Source: Podarcis filfolensis (lineage: Eukaryota). Taken from it: a stretch of 64,000 nucleotides of DNA. The notes beneath the pieces were generated by a model that saw nothing but the letters and a program-made list of their open reading frames with translations, was not told the origin of the DNA and searched no databases. The DNA lies in assembly GCA_964270895.1 (NCBI GenBank), contig OZ185442.1; one strand, 5' to 3'. The position numbers were made by a program, and so were the translations under genes. Of the stretch, positions 60,300 through 64,000 are shown piece after piece (position 1 is the stretch's first letter; each line of letters starts with the position of its first letter).

Positions 60300-60660
60300 C
60301 TGTGGACATCCAATGAAGCTGAATGTTGGAAGAGTCAGGAGGACAGACAGAAGAAAGTACTTCTTCATGCAACTCAGGAGGCAGTGATGGCAACCAACCT
60401 AGATGACTTTCAAAGAGATCAAGATGAATTCATGGAGGAGAGGGCTATCAGTTACTACTACTCATGATGGCTCTGCTCTGCTTCCACAGTTGGAGGCAGC
60501 AATGCGTCTGAATACCAGTTGCTGGAGACAACAGTATGGGCGAGTGCTCTTGTGCTTGAATCCTGCTTGTGGGTTTCCCATAGGAAGCTGATTGGCCATT
60601 GTGAGAGCAGGATACTGGACCAGATCGGCCACTGTCCTGATCCAGCTGCAGGGCTCTTCA
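60300..60660 (+). mobile_element. CR1 3' fragment
   Basis: ggacatccaatgaagctgaatgttggaaga...ggaggcagtgatggcaaccaacctagatg...aggatactggaccagat. Confidence 0.8.
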
Positions 60661-62853
60661 TCTGTTCTTGTGCCCCAGCCAATCAGTGCCCCCGGCAGGG
60701 GATGACTCACGGAAGAGGATAGTGCAGATTTACCTGACATTAATGTAGGACTCAAAAAGGTTCAGTGTTTCAGGTGGATATGAGTACAAGGACATATCCA
60801 GACAGCACGCTGGAGAGCAGCATATGTACCTGGAACAAATGCTGGATGCCCCCAAGGGGACAACTCAGTGGCAAAACTGGTTTGTCCAGAACAGAAGAAC
60901 TGCACTAAAGACCATACTCAACGGAGGACACACTGGAGAGTGTCAAAAATATTCCAATTTCTGCCTGAATAGTTTCCCCATGGCTTTTTCATTCTCCTTC
61001 ATGATGTCTCAGAAGTTGGAAACATCTGCATAGCAGGAGGAAGAAGGGCTTTGAGTTTGACACCAAAGGCTAGTGCTTTCTTTGGCTCTAGGATTGGCAG
61101 GCAGGATAAAGGCAAACATGTCAGAAAGCCAGCAGACTACATACAAGGACAATGGCATGCTGCTCCCAGGTCTGCAGGCTCTAATTTTCTCGCCTGACAA
61201 AACAGGCGCAATTAATGCCCGTCAGTTTCAGGCAGCCAACAATCCCAAGGGCTGGTTTTGAAATATCTTTGGAGGAAAGGATGAAAGGTGATTTCCTGCT
61301 TCTACAGAAAGAGAATGAAAATGAATATGAACGATTGCACAACACCGGCATGTGTAATAAAGGCATCGGTTGCTTCTCAGTCAAAGAATTCCAAAGGACT
61401 GACAGCAAGCCAGAATGAAAACGCTGGAGGGAGGTGGTTGGGTCAAATGAAGCCCCTTGGCAGGTGCTGTGCTGAAGAGAATCCCTTACCCACAATTCGC
61501 TAGTGCCCTTGCTGCTCTTTTCAAGGTGTGAGACATGTGACAATCTGTTGTTCTCGCTGACACCCCTGATTAGCAGACGTGTGACAGATGCAAAGAGAAT
61601 GTGTCGGTCACTCAAAGCAGAGTCCTCACACACTAACTTTTGCACAATCTATCTTTCTTCCACTTTTTGTCTCTTGTAATCCAGTTCCTTAGCCCAGGGG
61701 CTGGCAAATTTTCAGCTTTGTTTTATTAGAATCTTGAGGACTACCAACCAGAGCCAGGAGTGGGAAGACAATTACTACTAGTGTTCAATATATCAATAAT
61801 GTGACATAAAGAAAAGAATTTCAAATTTAAAAAAGGAAAAAGCAGGTGTAATTTGCTTACAAGAAACTCATATTAAAATGTGAGAACTTATTAAAAATTG
61901 ATTTCTTGGATTATGGTACACAGCATGTGGTATGAAAAGGGCTAGAGGGATGTCAGTGTATTTGAATGAATGGCATGTTAAATTTATCTGGTCCACTGGG
62001 AGAAATGATATTGAAATCAGTGTGTGTTTCTAATACTGATAGATAGAATATTGATTAATATAATATTGATTATTTCTAGAAGTGATATTATATGATCCCA
62101 AGGGTGAGAAATCAGTAAATAAGACTGATCTTACTAGTAGAAATGAACAATCTGGGAAATTAGCAGGTATTGTGGGAACCAACACGAAAGTCCTTATGTA
62201 AACTATTATAAAGATCAAAGGGACTATTTATTCCACCTCACATTCATTACATTTAAGAATAGCAATGATATACTATAAATGACCCCTAATATAATATAAA
62301 GAGTTGTATAGTGTAAAAGCAGAGACAAATCTCTATGCAAATCATAACCTCATAGTATCAGGGAGACATAGAAATGGGGTGTGTGTGTGTGTGTGTTCAG
62401 TGGAGGTCAGATGATTTTATCCTTTAAAAATTCAGAAGTAGTGAACAAATGCCAAGAAGAATTGATGAATTTGTTTCTTTTAAATGAATCTGACAGGCTC
62501 TCTGCAACAACAGTTTGGGATGCAAGTAAAACATTCATTACAGATCAGTTGACAGCATTAGGAGCAGATTATAAGAATTTGGGAAAGGAATAGAACAAAT
62601 TTAATAGAGGAAATTACCAAATTGGTAACGAAACAAAAGAAGCCGGGTTAAGTAGTAACTTAAACAAACTAAATATGTGTAAAAGCTTTGCTAAATACAT
62701 GTAAGTTTTATTTGAAGGGGGAAATGAAGATGGAAAACTGTTTGCTCCTCAACTAAATAAGGGACAGTAAAGTATTTGACACCCCCTGTAAAGACAGAGG
62801 GAGGATTTACAACATCTAATGATGAAATTGCAAGTGGGTTTTAAATATATATC

Positions 62854-62898
<45 letters not shown>

Positions 62899-63065
62899 TT
62901 TATTATTTATATCCCACCCATCTGGCATGGTTTCCCAAGCCACCTTGGGTGGCTTACAGCACATAAAAAATGGTAAAACATTAGACAATAAAAATTTCCT
63001 AATCCAGGGTTGCCTTCAGATGTCTTCTAAAAGACAGGTATTTGTTTATTTCCTTGATATCTAAT
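62854..63065 (-). mobile_element. L2 3' end with (AAT)n tail inserted in L1
   Basis: (aat)n-tttattatttatatcccacccatctggc...gggtggcttacagc. Confidence 0.7.
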
Positions 63066-63237
63066 CAAAACTGTACTAAACAAAACTGAACAAAGGGATA
63101 TAGCTCAGCTTCTCTTTCAGACATAAAAATCCCAAATTTTACTTTAACCGATAAACTTAATTTAGAGCTGCTGATTTCAGGGACTGAAATATAAGACACA
63201 ATGATTTTTGTTTTTATTTTAAGTAAAGCTCCAAAAT

Positions 63238-63238
63238 C

Positions 63239-63268
<30 letters not shown>
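63238..63268. repeat. (TATC)n microsatellite
   Basis: Direct reading. Confidence 0.9.
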
Positions 63269-63269
<1 letters not shown>

Positions 63270-63298
63270 CTTCTATTGATATATATACAAAAACTATC

Positions 63299-63331
<33 letters not shown>

Positions 63332-63460
63332 TTTTATTTATATCCCGCCCTCCCCAGCCGAAGCCGGGCTCAGAGCGGCTAACAACAGTAAAATAATACA
63401 GCATTCTAAAATCAATTCATTATAAAATCAGTTCAAATCAAATTGATGGCAACCATTGGG
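63299..63460 (-). mobile_element. Young L2-type 3' end with (AAT)n tail
   Basis: tatatcccgccctccccagccgaagccgggctcagagcggctaacaac; CpGs retained. Confidence 0.65.
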
Positions 63461-64000
63461 CTAGAGCTCTTCATTGTTAGCAAAACATTTAGCTAAAACA
63501 ATAAATTTAATTATGGAAAGGAAGAGAATTCCAGAATCATGAAAAGAAGTGTATACAGTTGCCATTCCCTAAGAAGTTGAGGATTATTCATTAGTTACAA
63601 GCATATCGATTACAAGATTTTTACTGGAATCTTAGCTAAGGTTTGAATACTATAATTGGTACATTTATAAACTTGGATCAATCTAGCTTTTGGGGGGTTG
63701 AAGGATGAACAATAATATTCATAAGATCATACATATCTTAGATCACACTTGTAATATTAAACAGGAAACTTGCTTCTTTTGGGTGCAGAGAAAGCTTTTG
63801 ATAATATTGAATGGCTCTTTTCTTTGAGAAAGTTTAATTTAAGGGATTCTTTTAATTCATGAGTAGCAGCTTTTTATACAGATCCAAGTACTAAAATACA
63901 TACAAATGGGATAATTTCAAATATCTTTAATTTAGCTAAAGGCACCAGATGGGGTGCCTTTATCACCACTTTGTGTCTGTGTTAGCTGTAGAATCCATGG

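Larger units (their letters stand above)
61770..64000 (+). mobile_element. L1-clade LINE ORF2 remnant (endonuclease to RT), runs off the window end
   Basis: VICLQETH (61848-61871), WDASK (62516-62530), AEKAFD.IEW (from 63785), KGTR.G..LSPL (from 63938), in L1 order with many stops and frameshifts; interrupted by L2-type tails and microsatellites. Confidence 0.85.

Noticed and set aside
60770-61000. Open frame GYEYKD...CQKYSNF as an exon or L1 ORF1
   Set aside because: No family recognised and no credible splice pair.
61181-61645. 154-aa minus-strand ORF
   Set aside because: No recognisable motifs and no supporting splice pattern.
1-64000. CRISPR array, endogenous viral ORFs, NUMT, known miRNA/snRNA
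   Set aside because: Eukaryotic repeat landscape; no repeat-spacer array, no long viral or mitochondrial-like ORF, and no mature miRNA or snRNA sequence that I recognise.

Overview
Vertebrate (squamate reptile) non-coding genomic DNA. The Sauria SINE subfamilies, a Squam3-type SINE, Bov-B, CR1, L2 and a Penelope pLTR point to a lacertid lizard (Podarcis/Lacerta/Zootoca-like; inference from recalled repeat consensus, not a database search). I can support no host protein-coding gene, tRNA or rRNA gene. Every convincing protein-like segment belongs to a decayed retrotransposon: Bov-B RT at 55572-57590, an L1-clade ORF2 at 61770-64000, an APE-type LINE at 32465-33880, and CR1/L2/RTE fragments. 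The window is a mosaic of SINEs, LINE fragments, hAT and Tc1/mariner-type MITEs (several with exact TSDs, several nested), two related solo LTRs and microsatellites. Between them lie about a dozen repeat-free, CpG-retaining, TF-motif-rich blocks that look like conserved enhancers of a large intron or gene desert; conservation cannot be proven from one sequence. The most distinctive item is a 279-bp TSD-flanked Penelope-derived insertion carrying an apparently intact minimal hammerhead ribozyme (12291-12328). A second, decayed hammerhead with compensatory stem changes lies at 39411-39450 on the minus strand. I found no clear evidence for a wholly new biological system.
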